From Felis catus (lineage: Eukaryota): 64,000 nt of DNA. Below, piece by piece: positions 25,912 through 40,289 of this stretch. How positions within the stretch are numbered: the first letter of the stretch is position 1; every line of letters starts with the position of its first letter. The stretch spans positions 86,988,001 to 87,052,000 of the forward strand of contig NC_058368.1 of NCBI RefSeq assembly GCF_018350175.1. Direction: 5' to 3'. The position numbers were made by a program, and so were the translations under genes. Under the pieces are notes generated by a model. The model made no database searches and had not been told where the DNA came from. It was given only the letters and a program-made list of their open reading frames with translations.

Positions 25912-26105
25912 TTTGTTATTTTAATGTTTATTTATTTTGAGAGAGAGAGAGAGAGACAGGCAGAGAGACAGGGGGAGAGAGAGAATCACAAGCAGGCTCC
26001 ACACTGTCAGCACAGAGCCCAATGTGGGGCTTGATTCTATGAACTGTGAGATCATGACCTGAGCTGAAATCAGATGCTTAAGCAACTGAGCCATCCAGGC
26101 ACCCC
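25912..26105 (-). mobile_element. Carnivore SINE
   Basis: Head, CT tract and A-tail on minus. TSD CTCATCTTTC. Confidence 0.95.
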
Positions 26106-29100
26106 TCATCTTTCCTCTTTTTACACACATTCTTTCACATTCATCTCTGTACACTACCTCAACAGAGAAAAGTGAGGTACTCATGGATTTAAAATCTATC
26201 TAGAGCTTTTTAAGATTTGTATTTTAAAATAAAATTTAGGTCATGAGGCCACCACTGTATGTCATGCCTAGCCACCAGGTGAACTGCTGTCACTGCACAT
26301 TTCACCCAGCTGCCACACCACACCCAGCTAATACATCAGGCCCAACCTTCATGCTGCACTCAACCACCAGGACACCCCAAGCCATGTGTCCCCAGCCACT
26401 ATTGTGCATCAGGCCCAGCCAGACCCAGCCATCATGACATGTAATCCCTACCCTCACACCACCAGCCACCTCAGCAAGCAACTCCCAGGCACTGCAGTGC
26501 TTCAGGGGATCTGACATATGAGTGATGGCGCAACACGAATTTTAGTAACATCACTGCTCCACTCCCAAGATCCCCAGGGGCCACCACTAAACTCCTCAGA
26601 ACTAGACTGCCTGGGTCCCACCAACATGAAAGAGAGCAAAAACAGTCCACAACAGGCAGAATTAGTGCAGATGACTGCACTGAAACAAAAAGTGGCATGT
26701 ACACAACAGTGGAGCATAAGCAACAAGCATAGCATACTCTCCTGAAGTGCCAGTTTCTGGTGAACAGAGGAAACAGCATGGCATGATGCTCCAGGACCTT
26801 TCCTTCATGAAGTAACTACTTTCAAGAGCAGAAGACACAGCTTACTTTCTTAACACACAGAAATAGACACAGAAAGACAGACAGATGAAGAGACAGAGAA
26901 ATGTATCTCAAATGAAAGAACAAGAAAGGCCACAGCCAGAGATCTAAGTAAAACAGATATAAGTAATATATATGACAGATAATTTAAAGCAATGATCATA
27001 AGGATACTCACTGAACTGAGAAAAGATTGAAAGACATGAAGGAGATCCTTAACACAGAAATAAGAAATAACATATCAGAGATAAAGGGCTCAATAAACAA
27101 AATGAGAATCACACTTGATGGAATGGAATGCAGGCTAGAAGAAGCAGAGGAATTAAGTAGTGACTTAGAAGACAGAGTAATGGAAACTAATCAAGGTGAA
27201 CAAAAGAGAAAAAAAAACTGTGCAAAATGACAATAGACTTAGATAACTCAAAGACTCAATTAAATATAATATTTGTTATTACAGGAGTCTGAGAAGAAGA
27301 AAAGAGAGATAAGGGAGCAGAACACTTATTTGAAGAAATAATAGCCGAAAACTTCTCATATCTGGGGAAGGAAACAGATATCAAGATCCAGGGGGAGCAG
27401 AGAATCCCCATCAAATGCAACAAAACCAGACACACACCAAGACATGCTGTAATTAAATTGGCAAAATATAGAGATAAAGAAAAAATTTAAGCAGCAAGAA
27501 AAAAAGAGTCATTAACTGACAAAGGAGAGCCCATTGGCTAGCAGACTTCTCAAAAGAAACTTTGCAAGCCAGAAGGAAGTAGCATGATATATATGCAAAG
27601 TGTTGAACAGGAAAAAAACTGAAACCAGGACTACTCTATGCAGCAACACTATCATTCAGAATAGGAGAGATAAAGTTTCCCAGACAAACAAAAACTAAAG
27701 TGTTCATGACCATTAAAGAAGCCCTACAAGAAATATTAAAGAAGATTATTTAAATGGAAAGGAGTGATCAAAAGTTACAGTATAAAGGTAGAAAACATAA
27801 AAGCCGTAAAAATAAATGTTTCTGTAAAAAATCAGTTGGGAAATTCACAAAAAAAGGACTTAAAATATATTAACATATACCTACAAAAGTACAAAGGAGA
27901 GAAAAAAAAGCGTTCAAATTTAAACAACCATTAATTAAATATATAGTGTTATATGTAGAATATTTATAGACACCCATAATGATAACCAGAAATCAAAAAC
28001 TATTAAATAATCACCATGAATAGAGACAAAGAAATCCAAAAATATCATAAAGGAAAGTCAGCAAGCCATGAGAGAAAGACAAGCTCAACAAAAATCTTCA
28101 GAAACAACCACAAAACAAGTAGTACAATGGCAATAAATACTTATCTATCAATTACTTTGGAAGTAAATGGAATAAATGCTCCAATAAAAAGACATTGGAT
28201 CAGAGAATGGATAAAAAAAATACTTATCAATATGCTACCTACAAAAGACACATTTTAGAACTAAAGACACCTCCACACTGAAAGTGAAAGGATGGAGAAA
28301 CATCTATCATGCAAATGGATGTCAAAAAAAGCTGGGGCAGCAGTACTTATATCAGACAAAATAGACTTTAAAACAGCTACAAGAGACAAAGAAGGACACT
28401 ATGTAAACATAAAAGGAACAATTAAGAAGATATTACAATTGTAAATATATATGCACCCAATATGAAAGAACGCAAGTACATAAAACTTTTGATAACAAAC
28501 ATAAAGCAACTAATCAATAAACGCAATAAAATTAGGGAACTTCAACACACCACTTTAATCAATAGACAAATACCTAAACATCAAATAAACAAGGAAAAAA
28601 TGGCTTTGAATGACACACTGGACCAGATGGATTTAATGAATGTATTCACAACATTATATCTCAAAACAATAGAATAAACATGTTATTCAAGGGCACACTG
28701 AACATTCCCCAGAATACATCAGATAGTAGCCTACAAAATAAGCCTCAAGAAATTCAAGAAAATCTAAGTCATAGCATGCATCTTTTCTTACCACAATGGT
28801 ATAAAACTAGAAGTCAAGCACAAGAAAAAATCTGAAAATAAAACAAGAGAGGTAGTTAAGATGGTGAAGTAGGGGGACCTGGATTTTCCTTGTCCCTCAA
28901 ACACAGCTGTATTGAGATCAGATTACTTGGAACACACAGGAAATAGATGTACAGAGTGGCAGAAGGACCTCCATATTTGAAGGGAGACAGCTTGACAGGG
29001 TCAAGGTATGTGCATGTGAGTTGGGGAAATAAAACAATGGAGCTATGGAGAAGAGGGAACCCTTACTGTGGAGAGACAGGACAGAAAGAGGGAAGGGTTG

Positions 29101-29499
29101 TGATAGTGCAGCATCAAGTAAGCAAAAGAGGAAAACCTCTCTGCACCATGGACTGAAGAACAAGAAGTACTGAGGGTCCCAGCTCTTTTTTGCAAACAGC
29201 CTTTGGAGCTGAAACTCTGAGGTTTTGGAAGTGTGCAACTTTCTCCAGAGGGGAACAGTGGTGGGCTCTCCTGATGCAGAGGGAGCTGGCCCTGGAGTGC
29301 ATATCGTGGTGTATCAATCTCAGGGGTGCACTCGAGAGAACTGTCCCCTTCCTGGAGTGCTTTGGGAAGAGGGTTTATTGCCTCCCCAAAGACAAAAGAC
29401 CTTGCAGGTGCCAAAGACTTCAGCAGAGTGAAGAGGTTCTACTCCAGAGCATGGGACCAGAACCTCATTATGCCAGATGCTTTAAGACTTCTGGCTTCA

Positions 29500-29726
29500 C
29501 TTTAAAAAAAATTTAGATATTTATTTATTTTTGAGAGAGAGAGGGAAAGAGAGTGTGCATGAGTGGGGGAGGGGCAGAGAGAGAGAGAGAGAGAGACAGA
29601 ATCTTAAGCAGTCTCCAGGCTCTGAGCTGTTAGCACAGAGTCCAACGGGGCTTAAACCCACAAACCATGAGGTCATGACCTGAGCTGAATTCAGACGTTT
29701 AACTGACTGAGCCACCCAGGCATCCC
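29500..29726 (-). mobile_element. Carnivore SINE
   Basis: TSD AAGACTTCTGGCTT on both sides. Confidence 0.95.
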
Positions 29727-30179
29727 AAGACTTCTGGCTTTGAATTCCAGCTTAGCACCAAGGGGAAAACTGAGGAGAGTTGTGATACACAGCAAGCTGT
29801 CTGCCCTCACTATTCTGTGAGGGCTTCCTGAACAGCATGGTCTGAGTTCCCTAGTCTAAGGAGGAGAGATTGGGGTGATACCGTTTTCCCCCCCACACCC
29901 GTGTAATGAGACTTCAGAGAGCAGCACAGTGGCCCCCTAGTGGAGGCGAGAAAGGTTTACACCAAACCCTTTCCCTCCATGCCTGGCAATTGCTCATTTA
30001 CTGAAGCAATACTAACTGACCCAACACAGCCAGACCCTCCTCCAGACCAGCACAGCCACCATACCCAGGCACCAACAGACAACTCTTTTTTTTTTCTATT
30101 TTTTTTCTGCCTTTGTTTTTGTTTTTGTTTTTTTCTTTTGGGATCAGGCTCATAGTGTCAGATTTGTTTTTGTCATTTC

Positions 30180-30220
<41 letters not shown>

Positions 30221-30816
30221 ATTTATTTTACCATATATATTTTTATATATTATAAAATACATAAATGTAAAAAATATATTTTATATATTTTAAATAATTA
30301 ATTTAATATATTTATTATATTATTGTATTATTTATAATATATGATTATAATATAATATATAATATTATATATATAAACACAATTTTTGATCAGGCTTTTT
30401 TATTCTGTTCTTTTTTCCCCTTTTCTTTTTCTTCTGTTTTCCCCTTCTTTGTTTTCCTTTCTCTCTCCTTAGAATCAGCCTTATAGTTTTTTGATTCTCT
30501 GTTTAGTTTTCTTCCTCCCCTATTCTTTTTCTCTTTTTATGGGAACAGGTTTCCCCGCTTTTTTTCCAGGGTTACTTTAGCAACATAGCATACCTAGTTA
30601 AAGGTCCAAACACTCCAATACTGCAAGCAAGGAGGAGCTCTTCAGAGGACTGATCAGTGGGTTACAGCAGCCAAAACACGACAATAGAGTGCACACAGCA
30701 TACATCAGAAATACTTCTTGGAGTTCCAGGCCCTGGACAGTGTGTGACTTCTTTTTAATATAGTAGTTCTTTCAGGTGCAGGACACATAACAAACTTTCA
30801 GAACATGCAAAAGACA

Positions 30817-31033
30817 GGGGCACCTGGGTGGCTCAGTAGGTTAAGTGTACGACTTCAGCTCAGGTCATGATCTCATAGTCTGTGGATTCAAGCCCTATGT
30901 CAGGCTCTGTGCTGGCAGCTCAGAGCCTGGAACCTGCTTTGGATCCTATGTCTCCCCTCTCTCTGTCCCTCTCCCTCTCACTCATTCTCTCTCTCTCTCA
31001 AAAATAAGCATTTAAGAAATTTTTAAATAATAA
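30817..31033 (+). mobile_element. Carnivore SINE
   Basis: TSD AACATGCAAA(A/G)GACA at 30802-30816 and 31034-31048. Confidence 0.95.
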
Positions 31034-31508
31034 AACATGCAAAGGACAGAAACTTAGCCAAAATTACAAGAGAGAGGAATTCTCCCCAAAAGAAATGTCT
31101 GGAAAGAAAACAAGTACACACAGGTTAAAAAACATGCTACAAACCATAATTGGGTCAACCAGGAAATAAAATAACTAAAAATTACAGGAAAAAATGGAAA
31201 TAAATACACAGTGGTCAAAAACTATCAGGTTACAACAAAAGTGGTTGTGAGAGGGAAGTTTATAGCAATACAGGCCTACCTCAAGAAGCAAGAAAAATAT
31301 CTCATTAAATATATATATATAATTAAAGAGCTACAAAACAATAACAAACAAAACCTAAAACCAGAAGAAGGAAGGAAACAATAAAGATTAAAGTAGAAAT
31401 AAATGATACAGAAACTAAAAACAAACGAATGGACAGTAGAACATATCAATAGACTAGGAGGTAGTTCTTTGAGCAAATCAATAAAATTATAAACCTTTGG
31501 CCAGATTT

Positions 31509-31510
31509 AA

Positions 31511-31566
<56 letters not shown>

Positions 31567-31650
31567 AAAAGAAAGAAAAGAAAGAAAGGGAGAAAGAGAG
31601 GAAGGAAGGAAGAAAGGGAGGGAGGAAGGAAGGGAGGAAGAAAGGAAGGA
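31509..31650 (+). repeat. (GAAA)n/(GGAA)n polypurine microsatellite
   Basis: Directly visible. Confidence 0.95.
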
Positions 31651-33824
31651 ATTCAAATGAATAAAATCACGAAATGAGAGTAGAAATAACAACACCACAG
31701 AAATACAAACAGTGAAAGAGAATATTATGAAAAACTATATGCCAACAAATTGAACAACCTGGAAGAAATGGAAAAATTCCTAGAAACATATAAACAACCA
31801 AAATTGAAACAGAAAGAAATAGAAAACAAGCACATTGGAAAACAGCAAAGAAATTGAATCATTAATCAAAACACTTCCAACAAACAACTCCAGAATGGCT
31901 TAATATTCCTAAAACAATTAACCTGACACATCATCAATAAGAGAAAAGATAAGAACTATATAATAATTTTAATAGATAAAGGAAAACCATTTGACAAAGT
32001 ACAATATCCATTAATCATAAAATCCTCAACAAAGTAGGTTTTAAAGGGAACATAGATCACCCTAATAAAGGCCATAGCCATACATGAAAATGCCACAGCA
32101 GACATTATCGTCAATGGGGAAAAACAGAACTTTTCCTCTATGGTCAGGAACAAGACAGGGATGTCAAGTCTCACCACTATTATTTAACATACTACTGGAA
32201 GTCCTAGGTTCAGCAATCAGACAACACCAAATACATCCAAATTGGCAAGGGAGAGGTAAAACTATCACTATTTTCAGGTAACATGACATCCTATATAGAA
32301 AACCTGAAAGACTCCACAAAAAAAAAAAAAAAAAAAACTGCTAGAACTGATACATGGAATTCAGCAAAGTCATAGGATACAAGATCAATGTACAGAAAAC
32401 TGTTGCATTTCTATGCACTGATAATGAAGCAGCAGAAAAATAATTTAAGAAAACTGTTTCTTGCAATTGCACCCAAAGCTACAAGATATCTAAGAATAAA
32501 TCTAATCAATGAGGTGAAAGACTTACACCCTCAAAACTATAAGATACTGATGAAAGAAATCAAACATGACACAAAGAAATGAAAAGACATTCCATGCTTA
32601 TGGATTGGAAGAACAAATATTGTTAAAATGTCTATGTTACCCAAAGTAATTTACATATTTAATGCAACGCTATCAAAATACAAATAGCATTTTTTTCTCA
32701 GAGCTATCCTAAAATTTGTATGGGACCACAAAACACCCCAAATACCAAAAGCAATCTTGAAAAAGAAAAGCATAGCTGAAGGCATCACAATTCTGAACAT
32801 CAATTTATATTACAAAGCTGAAGCAATGAAGACAAGATGGTACTGGCACAAAAATAGACACACAGATTAATGGAACAGAAGAGAAAACCTACAAACCAAC
32901 TATATGGTCAACTAATCTTTGATAAAGTATGAAATGGTATGCAATGAAAAGAAGACAATCTCTTTCACAAATTGTGTTGGAAAAACTGGATAGTAACCTG
33001 CAAAATAATGAAATTGGACCACTTTCTTACACTTTGCACAAAAAAATTCAAAGTGGATTAAAGACCTAAATGTAAGACTTGAAACCATAAAAATCCTAGA
33101 AGAGAACACAGGCCATAACCTCTCTAACATCAGCCATAGCAACTTTTTACTAGATATGTCTCCTGAGGCAAGGGAAACAAAAACAAAAATAAACTATTTG
33201 GGACTACATCAAAATAAAAAACCTGCACAGTGAAGGAAACATTCAACAAAACTGAAAGGAAACTGACAGAATGGGAGAAGATATTTGCAAATGATTTATC
33301 TAATAAAGGTTTAGTATCCAAAATATATAAAGTACTTACAAAACTCAACACCCAATAACAAATAATCCAATTAAATGAACATAAGACATGAGCAGGCATT
33401 TCTTCAAGAAGACATCCAAATGGCAAACAGACACATGAAAAGATGTTCAATATCACTTATCATCTTGGAAATGCAAATCAAGCTATTATAAGATATCACC
33501 TCACATCATCAGAATAGCTAAAAGCAGCAACACAGTAAACAACTGGTGTTGGTGAGGATGTGGAGAAGGAACACTTGCATACTGTTGGTGGGAATGCAAA
33601 CTAGTGCAGCCACTCTGGAAAACAGTCTGGAGGTTTCCAAAAAGTTAAAAATGGAACTACCTTATGATCCAACCATTGCACTCTGGTTTACCCAAAGAAT
33701 TCAAAAACATTAATTTAGAGTGATTCATGCACCCTTGTGTTTATAGCAGCATTATTTACAATAGCTAAAATATAGAAGCAGTCCAAATGCCCATCAACTG
33801 ATGAATGGATAAAAATTAAAGGAT

Positions 33825-34750
33825 AATATTAACATATACATTCACACTATACATATATATCCCTTCTTTTTTATCCATATAATAATAATATATGTATTCT
33901 ATGGATAAAATATATATATTATATATAATTATATTTATATATAGTTATATGTTATATATTTATATATTTCATTTTTATTAAATATTAAATATTTAAAATA
34001 TAAATATTTTAAATATAAACATTTAAATATATTAAATATTGAAATATAAATATTAAATAGTTTATATTTATTATGTATTATATATAAATAATCATCAATC
34101 AATCAATCAATATAAATAAATAATAAACAATATATGTTATATATAATAAATATATATGAAGACAATAATATATAATATTATAATATATGATAATAATTTA
34201 TAATAACTATATATAATTTATAATAATAAATTTATATATAATACATATTATATTATATATTATATAACATATGTTATATAATATATAATATAATAAATAT
34301 AATACATATAATATATAATAACTACATAATATAATATAATACTATATATTATATAAATTATAATATAATAAATATAATACTATATATTATATAATATATA
34401 ATATAATAAATATAATAAATATAATATATAGTAACTACATAATATAATATAATACTATATATTATATAAATTATATAAATATAATATAAATATTATATTT
34501 AATATAATTTAATATATAATTATATATTATATATTATATATTATATATTATATATTTAATATAATTTATTACAATAAATATAATATATAACTACATAATA
34601 TAATATAATACTATATATTATATATAATGTATAATAACTATATAATATAATACATATATAATAACTATATATAATTTATAATATGATATATATTTATATA
34701 ATAAATATAATAAATATTAAATCAAATAAATAATAATATATATATATTAT
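33825..34750. repeat. ~900-bp almost pure AT low-complexity expansion inside the L1 3' region
   Basis: Directly visible. Internal ~40-bp unit TAACTACATAATATAATATAATACTATATATTATATA recurs at ~34319, 34432 and 34588. Confidence 0.95.
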
Positions 34751-36199
34751 TCATGCATGGAGCTAAAGAGTATTATGCTAAGCAAAATGAGTCAGTCAGA
34801 GAAAGACAAATAGCACACGATTTCACTTATATGTGTGATTCAAGAAACAAAACAAGTGAGCAAAAGAAAAAAAAAGGAAAGAGAGAAACCAAGAAACAGA
34901 CTCATAACTGTAGAGAACAAACTGATGGTTCCCAAAAGGGAGGTATATGGGGCAACAGGTTAAATAGTGATGGGGATTATAGAGTGCATTTGTTGCGATG
35001 AGCTGGGGTGATGTATGTAAGTGTTAAATCGATATATCATACACCTAAAAAGTAATAAAACAATATATGTTAACTGACTCAAATTAATATAAAAACTTTG
35101 GGAAAAGGGAAAAAAAAGATATTTCCATAGTTCTCATGCTATCAGATAGGATTATGTAGTGTGAGGAGACTGAGAATTACTGAAACTGATGTTTATTTAA
35201 ATAATAATTAATTGGAGGAAATTAAATTGAATAAAATGACACAATTGAATACTAGCTTTTTAATGAAAAGAGAGATAAAATGAGTACTATAAGACACAAT
35301 CCTCTGTGTGCCTTTCAGAATAATAAAACTAGGAAATGTAAAATGTCAGAATATATTTCCCATTCTCAGTTTGCCTGACTTACCAAGAGTCCAATTCAAA
35401 ATATGTTCCACTTCCCACTGGGTAAAGTTATTCTTCCTGATTGAGCGTAAGATAATAGTATAGAATTCAAGTAAGGTGGTTATGTCTAGTGTACATATTT
35501 TATACAAAGAGCCAGATGTGAACAGATATAGTTTTTTTTCCTCCTATAGGTAGTAAAGAGAATGTCTGCCCATGCTGATCTCAAATGATACTCTCTACCA
35601 TTTTAGAAAATTCTAATGTCTAATTTGTCTCTATAATTGAGAATGAGTGCACTAAATGAGACAAAAATAATAAAAATGGAAAAATATAAATACTAATACA
35701 AGTTAAAAGAATGGAAATGTCACAACCACATTTTAAATAGGCAGAAAGCAAGGTGTATTTCAACAAAGATATAAATCAATAACAAATGATAAAGAAGTTT
35801 GAAATAAAATAACAAATAATAAAGATGTTTGAAATAAGTCCAAATTGTGTGAGAAATCTTACAATGATGATTATCCTTGTGTTTTCCTAAAATAACAATT
35901 AGTAAGTTAGTATGTGTGTATGAAGGGAAAAATTACTTTTCAAAAAGTTGTAAAGGACATTATATGTTAGTTTGTTAAGGATTTTGAAATCTAGGCTAAC
36001 AGACTAAAAATATGGATGGTTTGGAATAAACCTCTTTTAAAATATCTGACTGTGTAGAATATATTGGGTAAAATATAGTAAAGATAAGGCAAATGATATA
36101 GTCATATATAGTCAGATGAAAAGTGCCATAGTGAATGTTATCATTTTGCCTCTCAATGAAACTAAGCCCTTCCCACCAGGAAGGTTGATGGACACTACG

Positions 36200-36700
36200 C
36201 ATGAAGCACACAAGGCTCTACTTGTGCTGGCCCATGCCCTCCTGACATCTGTCTCCATCCCAACATACCTAATTTATTATCGTGCCATACTGAGCAATTT
36301 GCAATATCCTGTTTTCACTCATCTGTATCTTTTTCTATGTTGCTTGTATGACAAAAATATCCTTCTCCAGTCCCCACCACTCTGGAAATTACTACACACT
36401 TTTTAAGACTCGGCAATAGTCACTTACGTACAAACCTCTCATTGACTGTAAGGACATTTACCGTTTACACCCCTTGTCTCTTCATGCTGCAAGATTTATT
36501 ATGTGTCCATTCTATACCCTAAATCTCCTTCTATTATAAAAACTATATGACACTATTGACCTAGTTTTTACATCTGAATACTTCTATCAAACTATAAGCT
36601 ACTTCTTAAACTGAAGAGTCATGTTTTACTGATATTTTATGTAATTTTTATTATGCCTGATGTGTAATAATTGATCAATAACTGCCTTATGAAGGAAATA
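36200..36700 (+). mobile_element. Possible ancient LINE-2 3' remnant
   Basis: Degenerate resemblance to the L2 3' end (ACTATAAGCT...GAGTCATGTTTTACT...ATGCCTGATGTGTAATAATTGATCAATAA). Confidence 0.4.
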
Positions 36701-38364
36701 ATGTATTTTTCAGGTGTTCTATTTCCCATAGTCAGTCTCTCTCTTGGTTCTTTCTGCACAGAAGATATTGGGGATACAAAAGTGGTTATGGTCAGATCAG
36801 CTAAGCTGAGGGCAAGAGACCAGAACTGCCTATATTGGGGCATACAAAGCAACCATCCAGAACAAAAGTTACAATAAAACATTTAGCCACTTACTTTAAT
36901 GGCAGGAGAAAAGTCTAGAAATTTAGAAAGCACCAACTACCTCTGTTCACTTTCCCCTGTGGAATAGTTGTATTTAGGAAGGTGAAGTAAATTAGAATAG
37001 ATAGAAAATTCAGATCACTGTTGAAGATACTTTGAACAAATGGCTTCGGAAGTTTTATGGATCCTGGAACCAAGGAGGAGAGAGGTTGATAGCTAAATAT
37101 GGAAAAATACTAAGTACTGTGTCAGAGTGCAGAAAGTTGTCTTTAAGATTTTCCTCTCCTCCCCTCTACAAGGAGTCCTTGGAAAAAGCACCAGAGAAAG
37201 AGACTTAGAAATAAAGATGCCTAGGACAGAAATGCCAAAATGTGTAAGAACACGAGCAAAAAGAGGTTTCTGAATGCTGAACCTCAACATCCATCAGAGA
37301 CTGCAGTGCACTGACTATACAGTAAGTCCAGCAGCTTTCCCCCAGAAGGTTTTCCAGGTAAAATTTGTGTAATTACGGCTGGTCAAGACAAAAAATAAAA
37401 ACAAAAACAAACTTACGTTTTTAACCAGGAGCCAACTTTTCAGTTACTTATGCTTTTGTGTCACACAACCCTGTTCATGATCCCAGTCATTTGAATGTAC
37501 AACTCTTTAGAACAGGTGGAAATATTATTCTGTCCTCTCTCAATTTGAAGAAATCCAATGTAAGACAGATGCTTTTCTATTCTACTATATTTTCCATATG
37601 GTTCAGTCCTCCATGACTACTGTGTCTATTGGTGAAAGTAGAAGACCAATAATCATAGATTTCCCAATATCTGTTCAGTTGTTTTAAGACTAGATTGGAA
37701 GTTGCATACCTGAGTAGTAAAAAGTGCTTAATGTGACAGTTAAACATGTTCTCTACCCATACATATTCTGATTCTTACTCATCCTCAAAGTTTCAGTAAA
37801 ATACAATCATGTCATAAAAAAAAATGAGACCATAATATCAATAAAGTCAAGAAAAACTGGTCCTCTGGAAAACATTTTATTCCTTTTCAATAAAATTGAA
37901 CTCCAAAATTCAAACCTTCACTCATTTTGGTTTAATTTTACTTAACACTGTTCCTCTGTCTGAATGTCACAGTTCATAGGCTTGCAAGTGTACTACTTGT
38001 AAGTGTACTACTTAATAAAGGTTCATTTATGCTATTTCTCAAGTATTTTTTACACAAACTTGAAGTCACCTTGAACTGAAATGCTCTACTGTGGAATAAT
38101 GTTGATGTGGAAATAAGTGTGTGTATATCTATCTATCTGTCCTATCTATTCATCTATCTATCATCTTCATCATCATTATCATCACAATCATCTGTGGTGC
38201 TCTTATAAAAAAATTTAATTCAAAATTGTTAAATCTAGATGTCTGCATGGCACCAACTTGAATTTACAAAGAATAACAAGAAATTTCCCAGCACTCTTAT
38301 TTGATCGACAAAATTTGAAGTTTAGGTAATTTATCTGTCTCATCAGATATCACCATTATTTTAA

Positions 38365-38570
38365 ACATTTTTTTAATGTTTATTTATTTTTGAGAGACAG
38401 AGAGAGAGAGAGCACAAGTGGGAGAGAAGAAGACAGAGGGGACAGAGGATCTGAGGCAGGCTCTGTGCTGACAGCTGAAATCCTAATGTAAGGCTCAAGC
38501 TCACAAACTTTAAGATCATGACCTGAGCCAAAGTCAGAGGCTTAACCGACCTCTAGGGTCCAGGCACCCC
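38365..38570 (-). mobile_element. Carnivore SINE
   Basis: Head, GA tract and T-tail. CATTATTTTTAA-like TSD. Confidence 0.9.
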
Positions 38571-40289
38571 AAGAATCATTATTTTAATGATAGAACAAAC
38601 CCAACTGTGAAAGAAACTGTAAAGATGCTACCTCATTAATTTTTACAAACCCCTGCAAAGTACAAATGCACTCAACGCTTACAGGCTGAATTATTACTTA
38701 CTATCAGAACTATTTAAATGTGTCAGAGTGTTTCACATCTTCAGAGATTGTTGTCACATCTTCAAGGAAGCACGTTATACAACATTTCCTTGAATTGTGT
38801 TTACAGGTCTAACCAACCCCTGACCCACAAATTGACTGCTTTCTGCATTATGTCCATTGAATATTAATATTTCTAATAAGAACCAATCCTGAGGAAACTA
38901 TTTCAGCAGTAATAAGAATTGTGGCATAGGGGGATATTAGAATAGGGAAGTTGTCAAAGTCATGAAAAAGCAATGGTTTGTTTACAGTTACTAAGTCTTC
39001 TGGGGGAAACCTGTGTCCCCAGCAAGCAATTAGCTAAGGGACTAACTTCTGGAGATCATCCTGGAAGAATGGATACACATATTTCCCTAGTGCAAAGTAT
39101 TCCATTCTTCCTTGAATATTGCTTTGGGACCTTTTACTTCATAAAGGAAATAGAAGCCATTAGACTTGCCCAACATAAAAATAAATTAACTCATTAATTT
39201 GTTCTATTAATTAATTGATTGATTAACATACCTTATTTGTATTGGATCCTTCCAACTTCACTCCAGCTATGAGAGAAAATTATTCTTATCTTCTCTGAAG
39301 CTAATCCTTCTGCATTTTGGATTCCCTGTATCATATTACTCATTGTAATTTCAATCACCTTTCTTGTTAGAAAAAGTAAGATTATAATAAAGGGATCTGA
39401 AGAAATGTCCAGATTTACTAACTTTTTTTCAATCTCAATTTTCCTTTTTAAAGATTTAAATGTTGGATTCATCAAACCCCAGTCCAGTGTCCTAATCTCT
39501 TATCACATTTAATTTCTCCTAATTGAATCTATCTGTTAATCACTACATTAATTATGTCTAGATACCTCTGTGAGGACCACTCCATCTACCCAAATTTGGG
39601 CTCTTTCCATTATGTGGCTATTGTTCATAATGCTGTTAGAAACATCAGGGTGCATGGAGTGCATTTGTCCTTTCAAATCAGTATTGTGTATCTTTGGGGT
39701 AAATGAAATGCAATTGCTGGATCATAGGATAGTTCCATTTTTAACATTTTCAGCAACCTCTAGGCTGTTTTTCAGAGTGGCTATGCATTCACAGTATTTT
39801 CCAGACCAGTATGCATTCACACTAAAAGTGTTATGAGAATTCTTCTTTCTCCACAACCTCACTAACACCTGTTCTTTCTTATTTTGCTAATTTGAACAAT
39901 TCTGATAGATGTGAGATGATACTTCATTATACTTTTGATTCATATTTCCATGGTGATGACTGATGTTGAGCATCTTTTCACATGTCTCTTGACCATCTGT
40001 ATATCTTCTTTGGAAAACTGTCTATTCTTGTCTTCTGCCCATTTTTTTTTTCATTATATTATATGTTTCTTGGATGTTGAGTTTGAGAAGTTCTCTATAG
40101 ATTTTGGATACTAACACTGTATCTGATAAGTCATTTGCAAATATCTTCTCCTATTCTGTAGGTTGCCTTCTAGTTTTCCAGAGTGTTTCCTTTGCAGTGC
40201 ATAAGTTTTCTATGTTGAAATCCCAATAGTTGTTGTTGTTGTTGTTTGTTTTTTTTCATTTGTTTCCCTTGCCTCAAAAGACACATCTT

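Larger units (their letters stand above)
28848..31097 (+). mobile_element. LINE-1 5'UTR-only insert (plus ~11 ORF1 codons) flanked by an imperfect TSD
   Basis: Starts GTTAAGATGG (L1 start) and ends AATTCTCCCCAAAAGAAA. Flanks TCTGAAAATAAAACAAG (28831-28847) / TCTGGAAAGAAAACAAG (31098-31114). Confidence 0.7.
26240..35118 (+). mobile_element. Older near-full-length LINE-1 (5'UTR, ORF1, ORF2 with internal deletion at ~31890, 3'UTR), interrupted by insertions
   Basis: ORF1 fragment RLEEAEELSSDLEDRV; ORF2 start [44 protein letters not shown]; 3'UTR and A-tail at ~35100. Confidence 0.9.

Noticed and set aside
37981..38013. Short tandem duplications (15 bp here; ~27 bp at 53279-53335)
   Set aside because: Ordinary slippage duplications with no further structure.
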